Shown in pieces: positions 24,273-37,209 of a DNA stretch of 64,000 bases. Under the pieces are notes generated by a model. The model saw nothing but the letters and a program-made list of their open reading frames with translations, was not told the DNA's origin and ran no database searches. The stretch lies in NCBI RefSeq assembly GCF_001447785.1, contig NW_015168111.1, forward strand, positions 1-64,000, written 5' to 3'. The number at the start of each line of letters is the position of its first letter. Position 1 is the first letter of the stretch. A program made the translations under genes and the position numbers. Source of the DNA: Gekko japonicus (Eukaryota).

Positions 24273-24555
24273 GAGAGCCAGTTTGGTGTTGTGGTTAGGA
24301 GCACAGACTCTAATCTGGGAGAACTGGGTTTGATTTCCCATTCCTCCACATGCAGTTGCTGGAGTGACCTTGGGTTAGTCATACATTTTTTCAGAGCTGT
24401 TATCTCAAGGGCAGTTCTTGGAAGAGCTCTCTCAGCCCCACCTACCTCACAAAGTGTCTGTTGTGGGAAGAAGAAGGGAGAGTGATTGTAAGCCACTCAG
24501 AGACTCCTTCAGGTAGTGAAGGGCAGGTTATAAATCTAATCTCTTCTCTTTTTCT
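24273..24555 (+). mobile_element. Squam3-like SINE
   Basis: gagagccagtttggtgttgtggttagg head through ctcttctc tail. Confidence 0.85.
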
Positions 24556-24859
24556 TTTATACCTTACTCCCCGTGAGATTTTACACCGTCTCTTATCTGT
24601 ATACTGGGATGTATTTATTTATTATGTAATTTATTGTATTTTATGCTATTTATTGTGATTTATCAGTCTCATGCATTGAATGTTTTTACAAATGATGCTA
24701 CCTACTCTGAACCTGGTTTCCAGGGAGACTGAGTTATAAATTTAATTAACTGCAGCAACAACAGCAATAATAATAATAACCAGAGAAGCTCAAGTCCCTT
24801 TTCAGAAGGAAGAGGAGTAGAAATTGACTGAAAGTCATTGTGCTAGCCTCCATAACTAA

Positions 24860-26380
24860 GGCCCCGGTCACACGGGCAGGAAAATGTGTGGGGGGGAGCG
24901 TGGCTGTTTGCCCCGGAGCAAAATAACGCACGGCTGCGTGATCAGACGTCCCGTTGAGGTCCCATGGTTAGGGGGGAAGGTGCCGATCACAGGACAATCC
25001 TGCAGCGTGGCAAAGAAGCGGCCTCCTTAGCAAAAGGCTCCAGGTTTATCCCCTTCCAGGGCTGCAGAGGAATGGGATGTGTCCTCCGTCCGGTCCCCTC
25101 CAGAAGGAGCTTCAGCTGGGCTGCTCTTCCAGCGCCTCTACCTCTGCCGCCTGGTGCAGAGAGTTCCTCTCGAGCAGGCCGAGCCAGGAGTGGGGGGGTG
25201 CAGAAAAGAGGAGGGGGCTGTGTTGTTTGTTTTTAAACCAAGTGTGCACATGTGCCTTTGGGTGCTTGTGCGCATCCCGTGGAGACTTGGGGAAAAAACC
25301 TTTTAGTGACGGGACATGGGAGGACACTGGATGCCATGACCTACCACTGGAAACGTGATCAGGTGCCCGCCCTTGCCCCGCGGTTTCTGGAAACTAGTAC
25401 CTTGGAGGTACTAGTTTTTTACCCCACATCTTCGGCGGTATCATATACTGGCTCTCTATATTTCTGAGCAATGCAGGTCCTCCAACTCAGGACCTCAGTA
25501 TATGCCAGGGACTCAAGGTTAATTTGGTAGCGTGCTCAGATATCCTGAGTCCCCTTTGTTTCCCAAGGCAATCAGGCTCAGCTTAGGAGAGGCAAGGAGG
25601 GCACATAAACAGTCTCTACTGCCCAGAGATTCATTCAGACTCCCAGCTTATAAAACATAAAGGTTTAATTGAAGAGGTTAAAACAAACAGGGGGAGTTTA
25701 CACATAAAATAGACAATAGACAAATCCTAACCCTAACTATGCTAGCTATCCTAAACAAATGGTTTGTTGTTCCCTTTTCCCTGGAACTCCACCTCCGTTT
25801 TGGCTCGGCTACTTGCTTCAGAGTTCGCTCTGCCAAAGCTTGCTTGCTTACAGACACTCTTGGTCTTCTAAGCAGCCCTGCACCCAGACTATACCTCACG
25901 GTGAACAGTTCAAGAAGATCCTTGCCGCGGCTCTTGGCTTCCTCAAGGCCATGTGCAGCACTCCTGGCATTCGTCAAGCTGTCGCCTTCAGTTTCCTGGC
26001 TTGCTTGGAACGCGTAGATGTGTGTATTCGGGCAAGTTCATGAGTCTTCCTTCATCAAGAATGCATGACTCTGAATTCTGCCTCTAGGACCGGATCTTTA
26101 TTCTTAGATTCCCCAATCCCCGTCCTAGTCTAATTAGGGATTGCTGCCTTAACCAGCTGTTTCCCATTTACTTATATTATAGACATTCTGATTCTGACTA
26201 AACTTACAGACGTTTATCTGAGATGATCCTGCAAGTCAGTATCTCTGGCATGACAGGTGGGAAGCCTTGGGTTCGCCACGGGAGCTCTACACTTCCCAGA
26301 TGTGGCACAGTGATCATGCCCGGGAAATCCGCCTATCTTCCGTCTCTGTAGCAAGGCTAATGCTCCGTGTGACCGCAGCC
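24860..26380. mobile_element. PIF/Harbinger-type non-autonomous DNA transposon containing a nested LTR
   Basis: TIRs ggccccggtcacacgg / ccgtgtgaccgcagcc; TAA TSD at 24857-24859 and 26381-26383. Confidence 0.8.
25439..26255 (-). mobile_element. Solo LTR (817 bp) nested in the Harbinger element
   Basis: Ends tatcat (decayed tgtcat) and atgaca; 5-bp TSD ggcgg / ggtgg; minus-strand ATTAAA ~25665. Confidence 0.7.
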
Positions 26381-26464
26381 TAAGTTTCTTTTTCTACTAA
26401 ACCCCCTGATTACTTTAATAGTATAATTCAACATGTTAACATTTTGCAGTCTATGGGTGTCTTT

Positions 26465-26875
26465 TCTTGCATCTATCCAACTACCAAAAAGACATGTATG
26501 ACGTGGTGACTCATTTACTGGCAGCAGCAAGAATAACACTAGTTAAGTGTTGGAAAAAGGATAAGATACCAGATAGATGGGATTTTATTAATAAAGTGAT
26601 TGAAGTGATAGAAATGGACAATCTAACACAAAAACTCCATGGGAGTATGAATTCTGTTTTTCAAAAAATTTGGTCAAATGTATATAAGTGGATTGAAATG
26701 AATACGTGAGTAAACCTAACATCTATTAATAACTGTTAAACCAGATATGTTTAAGCAGGGACAGAGGAAGGATCCATTTTTAATCGTGATGCATGAGGTT
26801 TGATGTTTTGTCTTTGGTGGTGGGTACATGTTAAATGTTTATATATATATGTATATAACAATAAAAAAATTATAC
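26465..26875 (+). mobile_element. L1-clade LINE 3' end
   Basis: ORF2 C-terminus-like AARITLVKCWK...MDNLT...FQKIWSNVYKW*, followed by AATAAA and an A-rich end. Confidence 0.7.
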
Positions 26876-27304
26876 AAAAAAACCCCACATGTATGACAGC
26901 AGTGTGAGAGTTGTCCATTGTGGTCTTCAGTACCATATAGCTTGTTTCATCAATATGGGCTTCAGCACCACTATCTTTTATGAATACAGCATCCTATATC
27001 CTTTGAGATTTCATAAATTGTTTTTCTTTTTGTTATGGTTGGTCAAAAGTTTTGTTTGGCAAGCCCTGAACACACAAGTTCAAATTAATTGCTTCCCTAT
27101 GTTCCCTATCCCTAAGGAATGTAAAAGTTAATAAGGTTGGAGATTCTCAGGGGATTTATCAAATCTTGAGTGCTTCAGACAAAATGAAATTTAGTTTGTG
27201 TTGCATCAAATATACATTCATTCCTTAATCCAAATAGCCACCCTATGCAAAAGGCTTGAATCTGGATTCTGCTGAGGTTTCAACTTATTCTTAACCATTC
27301 TATT

Positions 27305-29390
27305 CTACAGGTTAGGAAAGGCACTGCCAAGAAGGCCTGCATGGTTAACAATGTAAGTCATGGAAGCAGTAAAAGGTGAAGAGATTTCTTTTAAAAAGTA
27401 GGTCTGCCCAAATGAATTGAACAGGAGGGACCACAGGCTCTGGCAAAATAATTAGGCATGCAAAAAGAAATTTTGAAGAGCAGATTACTAAAGCATCAAG
27501 ACAAATATTTTTAAAAAAATATATATCCAGATCAGGAAACCAACCAGAGAAGCAATGGGGCCTTTGGATGAAGGAATTGCTAAATGAAGATGGGGAAATG
27601 GCAGAGAAGCTCAATAACCTTTTTTCTTCTGTGTTCACTGTGGAAAGTGTGGGGCACGTACCCATGCTACAGCCCCTACTTTCAGGAAAGAAGTCTGAAG
27701 AACTGAGCCAAATTGAGGTAACCAAAAATGAAGTTCTAGACTACTAATGATGGCATATACCCAGGAGTTCTTAAGGAACTCTGATGGGAGATAGTTGATC
27801 TACTAACTCATATATATCACTAAATTCAGTCATTTTACCAGAAGGCTGGAGAGTAGCAAATGTGACACCTATTTTAAAAAAAGGAATCCAGAGGGGAGCC
27901 AGGAATTTATAGGGCAGTCAGCATAACATCTGCCCCATGCAAATTAATATAAACTGTAATCAAAGATAGACTTGTTAGGCACATAGAGGGGCAAATCCTG
28001 TTGAAGGAAAATCAGCATGGCTTCCACAAAGGGAAGTCCTGCCTCACCAAACTTTTGGAATTATTTGAGAATGTGAACAAGCTTGTAGACAATAGTGACC
28101 TAATAGAAATTATATACCTGGACTTTCAAAAGGCTTTTGACAAGGTACTTCACCAAAGACTCCAGAATAAATTTATCAGTCATGGAATAAGAGGACAGGT
28201 TCTCTTATGGATTTAAAAACTGGTTAAATGACAAAAAACAAAGAGTAGGAATCAATGGACAGTTCTCAGACCGGAGAAAAGTAAACCGTGGGGTCCCACA
28301 AGGATCGGTATTGGGGCTGGAACTATTTTATTTCCTTATAAAAGATCTGGGACTAGGACTGTAGTGGCCAAGTTTGCAGATGACACCAAATTCTTCAGGA
28401 TGATAAAAATCAAGGCTGACTGTGAAGAGTTCCAAGAGGACCTCCACAAACTGGGTGAGTGAGTGACAATGTGGCAAATGAAGTTCGGTGTTGGTAAGTG
28501 TAAGGTGATGCATATTGGGACAAAAGAAATCAACTTCAAGTATAGGTTAATAGGGTCTGAACATTCTGAGACTGAGAGGGGAAAAGATCTTGGGGTCATA
28601 GTGGATAGCTCAGTGCAGGTGTCAACTCAGTGTGCTGCAGTGGTGAAAAAGGCAAACTCTATATTTGACATTATTAGGAAAGAGACTGAGAATAAAAGGG
28701 CCAATACGGTAATGCCCCTGTATAGATCTATGGTGGGCCTCATTTGGCATACCATGTACCATTCTGGTCACCGTATCTCAAAAAGGACACTGAAGAGCTG
28801 GAAAAAGTACAGAGGAGGGCAACCAATATGGTTAGAGGGTTGGAGTACCTTCCCTATGAGGAAAGGCTGAAGAGTCTGGGACTTTTCCGTTTAGAAAAGA
28901 TATGATTGAGGGGGGACATGGTAGAGGTTTATAAAATTATGTGTGGTGTGGAGAGAGCTGAAAAAAAGAACTTTTTCTCCCTCTCCCAAAATACTAGAAC
29001 TCAAGGGCATCCAATGAAGCTGATGGATGGTAGGTTCAGGACGGACAAAAGGAAATACTTCTTTATACAGAGAGTGATTAAAATGTGGAATTTGCTGCCA
29101 GAAGACGTAGTGATGACCACAGGGGGAAAAAAAAGCTTTAAAAGGGGATTAGATAGATTAATTAAGGATAAGTCTATCAGTGGATACTAGCCATGGTGGC
29201 TGAGGGGAACCTCCACATTCAGAGGCACTAAACCTCTGAATCCCAGGGTCAGGAGGCAACATCAGGGGAAGGCCTGGGCCTCTATGCCCTGTTGTTGACC
29301 ATCTAGAGGAACTGTTTGGCCACTGTGTGAGACAGGATGCTGGACTAGATGACTATTGGTATGATCCGGCAGGGATCTTGTTAAGTTCTT
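27305..29390 (+). mobile_element. CR1 LINE, 5'-truncated, degraded reverse transcriptase
   Basis: QHGFHKGKSCLT, YLDFQKAFDKV, GVPQGSVLG, KFADDTK, multiple stops and frameshifts, 3' UTR present. Confidence 0.93.
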
Positions 29391-32300
29391 ATTTTGTAAA
29401 AAAATTTTTTTAAAAAAATGCAAATATATTCCAAGCTTCTCAAGAGCAGAGGTACTGGTAATTCTGCAGAGAATACAGGATTGTTACCATAAGAAACATA
29501 TAGCAGATGAATTTTATGAATCCAGAAGGTAAACCACGAATGGCAGTTTTGTGTGGTAAAAGTATATGTTATCTCTGCCATATGAGTTTCCAAGAAGCTG
29601 AGAAATCAATCTTTTTAAGAAGTATGTATGAGACATGTTAACAAATTGCACCATTGCTTATACATCTGCAGGTAATGTAGAAAATATAAAGTCTGTAACT
29701 TCATTGATTAAATAATTCCGTGATTACTAAGATTATTGATAAGAGAAATTTTCCGTTACCTTTCACAAGATTAATAAGAAATTTCCGGTCTGCTCCCCGT
29801 ACTTCACCAAGGACTTTCTGTTGTTTGACTGAGTGTTCTTGAACATTCCACAGGTGTAGAAAGTGTGTTAATTTATATCAAGGTAGCGAGCCAGTTTGGT
29901 GCAGTGATTAGAATACACATTAACACATGAACAGTCAGACTATTTGTCTAAGTCTAACTGAAAGTGGCCCTTCAGGATCCCTGGTCGAGATTTTTCAAAT
30001 AACCTCCTACCAGGTCCTTTAAACTGGAGATGAGAAGATTGAACCTGGGACCTTCTGTGTGGAGATCAGATATTCTACCACTGACTCCTTCTCCTAATGC
30101 CAATTTAGCAGAGGTTTTTATCCTTATTCAACCTTTCTTGGTTGTCACTGTCTCCCAGCCTTATCCAACCCACAAGTTTTGAGTAAGGAGCAACCATTTA
30201 TACTACCCTGAACCTCTTGGATATGGGCAGGGTAAAAATGTACTAAGAAAATAACAAAAACATCATCACTTGTGTCCTGTGGAGACACTAAGTAATCTCA
30301 AACCATGATAGCACATTTACATTGACATTCTGAGGCAATCTCTGTTGTGGTGCAGTGAGTGATAAGATTATGATAGTGTGTGGCTCAAAGTGGCATTTAG
30401 TTATTAGACGAAAAAAGATTTAGGATTGGCTTGGTTTTCCATGTTAGTGTAGTACAATAATTAGGAATCTAACCTTAAAATAAAAAACTCATGCTTCAAA
30501 TCATTAGCTATGAAAATGGTTTTAGACACTTCATCATCTTTCAGGCAATCCATCATCTTAGCTACTACCACTCCCATTCAGCACAGAATTAACTGCTTTT
30601 TCAATCTGTATACTTTGGCAAATACAATATGTTCTCCAATGGCATTTCATATTGTGCGTGAGCAGGAAGTTTTAGCCTTCTGTTTCTCACATTTAACTTC
30701 TCAAATATGAAAAGCTTTTATGCTTGCTACGTTCGATGCCCTCCTTACAGCAGTCCTTTTTCGAAGATTTCAAAATGTTCCCTATTCTCATAGACTCTAT
30801 ATATGTAATGTTGGAAGCCCCAAATCTGTTGCCCATGTACTAATCTACTGTGATTAGGCTGAATTACACCACTCTAATCAATCCACTTTTGTGTAAGATG
30901 AAAGGGTACCCTGAGAGAGACTTCTCTCGTATCTTCTATTAGACTGAAGCCCTCATATTACTGGCCCAGGAGCAAGGTATCTGCTAACTGTGATGAGAAT
31001 CTGAAAATTTAAGGCAAAGCAATGTGAAGAAGAATTACCCCCTCTGTAATGTTTTAATTGCAGTCTCCTTTTCCCCCCCTGATATGTTCTAATCTATGTC
31101 AATAAAGGTATTACTGACTGACTGAACTGTTTTTTTATTGTTGTCTTGAAAAGCTCTTTATAAACTGAATGCTTTTAAAATATTGATTGATTTCTGGTTC
31201 TTAACCATGATCTTTCTGCAACTTGATTCCCCCCCACACACACACACTCTTTTACCCAGTTCTCCTCCTTACTATAGCTTCCATTCCACATGACTTTTGT
31301 CTATGCAGGACCCATAGTCTTCCTAGCTCAGTGATGGAAGTATATCAGGAAGTGCCTCCATACCATTTTGGGGCTTCTTTCATCCATGTGGGACCTCTTC
31401 TGCGTATCCCTATGTCCATGAAGATTGTTTGACAGTACAATCCTTTGAACTACTATGAGAATTCCGTAAGTATAACAAAAAAAGCACAGAACAAGAAGAG
31501 CTAGTAAAAGGGTCAAGATGAAGCTGTGTTTTAAAGAACACATTTTAAAAAACCCCACCAGTAACATTTCAATGTATTTTAAGCTGTTGATGGTCCTGTG
31601 TCATAGCAGCTGCATGCAGTTAAAATATGTCATTTGGGATCTGGAAATTCAAAAGGTCATGTTAAATACATTTAGGCCTTTTCTGACTATTCTCAGGTAA
31701 GGGCTTGTGCATCACAACAATGGCCAATTCTATATTGGCTTTTCCCGCCATTGTTTTACGAAACCCACGTTGGAACAGAAATTCCCCTCTGCATTGCATG
31801 CTGGTTTCACTTCCTTTGATTATCGGGTTTTATGGTAGCTTCCACACTCCATGCCACTTTGATTGCCAGATTTTATTGTGCCGTCTGCATAAATTTATGG
31901 TCATTTTATGGTCATTCAGGGGTGACTTTGCAGTCAGTACGGCACCGTCCCGAGGTATTTGAACGTGGTTTTGAGCTGCACTTTTCCCTCCCATTTGAGA
32001 AAATGTGCTAGATGCAGAATCGTCCAATGACATGTGGTTCTTTGCTATACTGAGGCTGTAGTTCTGAATGCAGCAACTTTACCCATAAACGTCTTAAACA
32101 CCTTGGCTGTGGGAAGAGTTGGAATGTCATGTGTGCAGCAATCCTGAGCACAATGTAAAAGGGTGGAATCATTATCACAGACAGAAATTCAGAAGTGTCA
32201 ATAGATTTGAGATACTTTCCCCTGTCTCCCTTTTACTGCATTAGGATCAAAATAGTGTGCACTCTCTATGGAGTGTAGAGCTTCATTGGTTCTACGATAT

Positions 32301-32542
32301 ACATACATTTACATACATTTACAATCGCAGAAGGAAACATGGCAGATAGGACTGGGACACTAGCAATCACCACAAGAAACTGAAAGACACAAAGACACTA
32401 GACAGAGAGCTGATTGAAATAGCTCAATGAGTGCCAGCGGTGAAACAAAAGTGTGGGATGTCAAAGGGATTATGCGTGTGGCATCAGACATAGTACTTCC
32501 TGTTGTTATGGTTACTCTTCATTGCAGATAGAGTTTGGTAAG

Positions 32543-33734
32543 ATGTGGAGTCTGAATGGGACATCCGTGAATGAGTTTATTCTTCTGGGCTTCACCAGTC
32601 ATCCCACGCTACAACATTTTCTCCTGGCAATGGTCCTAGCCATGTCTCTTATCACTCTCCTTGGAAACAGCCTGATCATCTTCTTGGTTTGGGTTGAGTC
32701 CTGCCTCCACACAGGCATGTACTTTTTCATTGGAAACCTCTCTTTGATGGACATAGTCTTCACCCTGATCGTCATTCCACAAATGCTTATCCACTTGGCC
32801 TCTGGGACAAAGTCAATCTCTTTCAACAAATGCATGGCCCAACTCAACCTGACCCTGTCCTGTGGGATGACTGAATGCTTCATCCTGGCTCTCATGGCAT
32901 ATGATCGCTATGTGGCCATCTGCCAACCTCTGCGTTACCCCACCCTCATGAGAATGCAGGTATGTATGCAGATGGCAGGGGCCTGCTGGGTTGGGGGCTT
33001 CCTCAATGCTGCAGTACTGACCATCATCACCACAAGCTTCCCTTTCTGTGGGCCCAACAGCTGGAAGTGATGTAGTGCATTAGTGCACCCTCCATTTTTA
33101 TTCAGTTCACCTCCTTCCCCACTGGCTTGTGAAACACCAGCAGGGGACTGGGCTCATGGCATATGATCGCTATGTGGCCATCTGCCAACCTCTGCGTTAC
33201 CCCACCCTCATGAGAATGCAGGTATGTATGCAGATGGCAGGGGCCTGCTGGGTTGGGGGCTTCCTCAATGCTGCAGTACTGACCATCATCACCACAAGCT
33301 TCCCTTTCTGTGGGCCCAACAAGATCAACCATTTCTTTTGTGAGGAGCCAGCAGTGTTACCATTGGCCTGCATGGACACCTATGTCGTAGAGATTGTCCT
33401 CTTTGCATTGAGTGTGATTGTTCTCATGCTGCCTTTTATCTTCATAGTTATCTCTTATGTCCACATTGCCAGGGTGGTGCTCAGCATGCGCTCAGCTGAG
33501 GGACGCCACCGAGCATTTTCTACCTGTGCTACACATCTTACTGTTGTCACATTGTTCTACAGCACCATCAGCTTTACTTACTTGCAGCCTCGGTCCAACC
33601 GTGCTGCAGACCAGGAGAAGAGAGCCTCAGTCTTCTATGCTTTGGTCTCTCCCATGTTGAATCCCATCATCTACAGCTTGAGAAATAAGGATGTTAAACG
33701 GGCTTTGGCCAAAGTGATGCAAAAATTCAGCTGA
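32543..33734 (+). pseudogene. Olfactory receptor (OR-4), paralog of OR-3, disrupted by an internal 169-bp duplication plus 93-bp filler; apparent pseudogene, possibly rescued by splicing
   Basis: The N-half ORF stops at 33070 and the C-half ORF runs to 33734. 32891-33059 repeats identically at 33153-33321. Removing 262 nt gives a clean 930-bp CDS. Confidence 0.88.
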
Positions 33735-34476
33735 CAATGATGCACATGGCATTTCTGAATGTGAAGAAACACATGTTCAGTGTATAACCCGTTTAATCCA
33801 AATCCAACCCCCCACCCAATTAGTCTTTGCGGGTACCCTATACAACCAATGCCAAAAGTGATGATTGTGTGAACCACCTAGATCATGGCATATTTTGAGG
33901 TATAATATTTGATATACAATTGCTGTATGGACCACAGGAAGCTATGTTCTCAGTGGTACTTGAGGTGGGAAGGAGATCTATTGTTTGTGACAGACAATCT
34001 TTGTTCTTTTCGGAAACCTCCCTTCCTAATACTTGTAGTATTAAACTAACAGGTGGATTAATGGATGAACCTATCTATACCAGATTTAACAGTCATTCAT
34101 TCTTTCCAAAGGACTCTGGAAATTGTAGGTGGGAAAATGAAAAATAGGGATCTTGAAACAGAATTCAGGATCGTCTGCTTTCTGCCTTATGAGGAATGTT
34201 TGCTTTTTTCCCTGAGAAGTGCTGGGAGCAGATCTGAACATTCGGTCGCTTTTTATTTCTAAATGGGACTACAGTTATGGACTCTTGGTCCCAGTGGCCT
34301 TTGGTGAAGTCTGAGACATTTTCTTCCATCACTAACAACTCTTCCACTCTGTCTTGAGGATCTGTATGATCTAAACTGCACACTGAAGCTTCTTCGTTGT
34401 GTCCAACAATTTCCCCCCTCCCTTTCTTCTGCATTCCCCTTTTATGTTGTTAGCCTAAACATCATTTGAATAAGCG

Positions 34477-35184
34477 TGAAAAAGGGACAAGGTTGTCCTT
34501 TTTGACCACCAATAAAACTGTCTTTGGGATCATAGGACCTACATGGACTACAGCCATGTGGGATGGGGAGGGCTGAATTGAGGAGAAGAATTGAATGAGA
34601 CTGAGCCAAAGATGTTGGCTGACCTTATGAGAGATTCTTTGTTTGTCTAGACAAGGCAGAGTTTGAGTATATGTGGTATCAATTTCTAAGGACTACACCA
34701 GCCATATTAATCCATCATTCATGAGAGAAAAGAAGAATCTGCTTGGATATTACTCAATTGAGTTATGAATTTGGTGTTTGTTTATTACTTTCTATTTATC
34801 TACAACATTTACATTGCATCTTTCTGCCTAACCAGAGCCACTGAGCTGACTAACAATGAACATTATAAAAACAGATCATACAATCAATAAGAACCAAAAT
34901 TAAAATATGTATGTCCAGAAACAACAATTGAAACTAAGTAGGGGGTCACAGAAGGGAATGGCAGATGCAGCAGACTCTTTCGCTGGGGACATCATCAACA
35001 TACAATGAACCAGATGGACTTCGTTGTCAATCATCTAAGCATCCCATGGTTATATACAAGACTTTATCCTATCATAGCCTTTCAAGAAGAAGAAAGTGGG
35101 CTGAGAAATCAAGAGCTGTCCAGGCCTGTAATAGCTGAGCTGAAATCTGAACACTATATTCAAGACAAACCTCACCCCACTTCC

Positions 35185-35253
<69 letters not shown>

Positions 35254-37155
35254 TTTATTTCTTTAGCTTTTAAAATCAAAAGACATGCTTTCCTTAGGCT
35301 TTGTCCTTTTTATGTCATCAGCAAACATACAGTCAGATACAGAAAGGGAAAGGGGATTATAAAACACAATTATGTATATCAGAAATAATTATATATCACA
35401 GAGCATATAAGACAGAAAACATTTTTCCCCCAAGACCCCCTTCATTATAGTTTTTTAAAGACACTTGCTATAAAATACAATGGTACTTCTGTTGGGGTAT
35501 ATTTATATTCAGCATTTTACAGAGCAATCCTGGCAGTGTGGCTGAAAGCACTCTGGGAGCTGAGTAGCCCCTACATCAGTGTAAATCCCATTTACGCCGA
35601 TGTAAATGACACAATGGTGCAGGCCCCCAGCGGTGCCCTGTCACACACGGGTGCCAGCAATGGGCCACAGTGGCCACCTGTTGGTGCAACTGAGATATAG
35701 GCCCTTGCACTGTCTTGGTTGTGGGCAGTTCTGTGGGTGGGGCCAGAGTTAGTCGGCTCCCTGAGCCCTTTCACCTGGGAATGTGCTGGCCCCACTGGTC
35801 ATTGCCATCTGCAGGGGCAGATTAACCATTAAGCAGACTAAGCAGGTCCTTAGGGCACCAAGGCCAAAGGGGGCACCACAAAGTTGGGAAAAGGGTGAAA
35901 AGCTTAGTTTGTACAGTATATTGTGTTATCATATGAATAAATTTTTGTATTGCTGCAACCTGCATTGTATACTTTACAATAGAAGGTTGGCTGAGATGTA
36001 GGGAATTCAGTGACCTTATCTCATGAGGTGGGAGGATGATTACACACAGCTCCCTAAACAGCATCTGTAATTTTACCCACTCCAATGAACAAGAAGGCCC
36101 TTACTGTCCTGAATCAATTTTATTTGCTTTTCTTGAGCACATTCGTGCAGGGCCCTGTATGCAACCAACTTGCTAATTTGCATCTGTTTCTATTTGAAGA
36201 TAAGGCTAACTGAATGTAATAGCCCTTTTCCCCTTGAGGGTTGAAGCTGAGTGTGAATGTATGCAAAATATTATTATGAGGATCTCTAAAGAATGGGTTT
36301 GATCCTGCCAGCTTTTCTACTAGTGAAAAGGGGACAAGGTTGTCCTTTTTGACCACCAATAAAACTGTCTTTGGGATCATAGGACCTACATGGACAACTG
36401 CCATGTGGGATGGGGAGGGCTGTATTGAGGAGAAGAATCCAATGAGACTGAGCCAAAAATGTTGGCTGACCTTATGAGAGATACTTTGTTTGTCTTGGCA
36501 AGGCAGAGTTTGAGTATATGTGGTATCAATTTCTAAGGACTACACCAGCCATATTAATCCACCATTCATGACAGAAAAGAAGAATCTGCTTGGATATCAC
36601 TCAAATGAGTTATGAATTGATATGTTGTATCATTTTCTAAGGACTACACCAGCCATATTAATCCACCATTCATGACAGAAAAGAAGAATCTGCTTGGATA
36701 TTACTCAATTGAGTTATGAATTTGGTGTTTTGTTTATTACTTTCTATTTATCTACAACATTTACATTGCATCTTTCTGCCTAACCAGAGCCACTGAGCTG
36801 ACTAACAATGAACATTATAAAAACAGATCATACAATCAATAAGAACCAAAATTAAAATATGTATGTCCAGAAACAACAATTGAAACTAAGTAGGGGGTCA
36901 CAGAAGGGAATGGCAGATGCAGCAGACTCTTTCGCTGGGGACACCATCAACATACAATGAACCAGATGGACTTTGTTGTCAGTCATCTAAGCATCCCATG
37001 GTTATATGCAAGACTTTAACCTATCATAGCCTTTCAAGAAGAAGAAAGTGGGCTGAGAAATCAAGAGCTTTCCAGGCCTGTAATAGCTGAGCTGAAATCT
37101 GAACACTATATTCAAGACAAACCTCACCCCACTTCCCATTCTTTACCCATTCCAT

Positions 37156-37209
<54 letters not shown>

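Noticed and set aside
27345-29190. Functional reverse transcriptase
   Set aside because: CR1 ORF2 is 5'-truncated with many stops and frameshifts.
32453-33734. Two separate OR genes (205 aa and 201 aa)
   Set aside because: They are the N- and C-halves of one gene overlapping by an exact duplicated segment.
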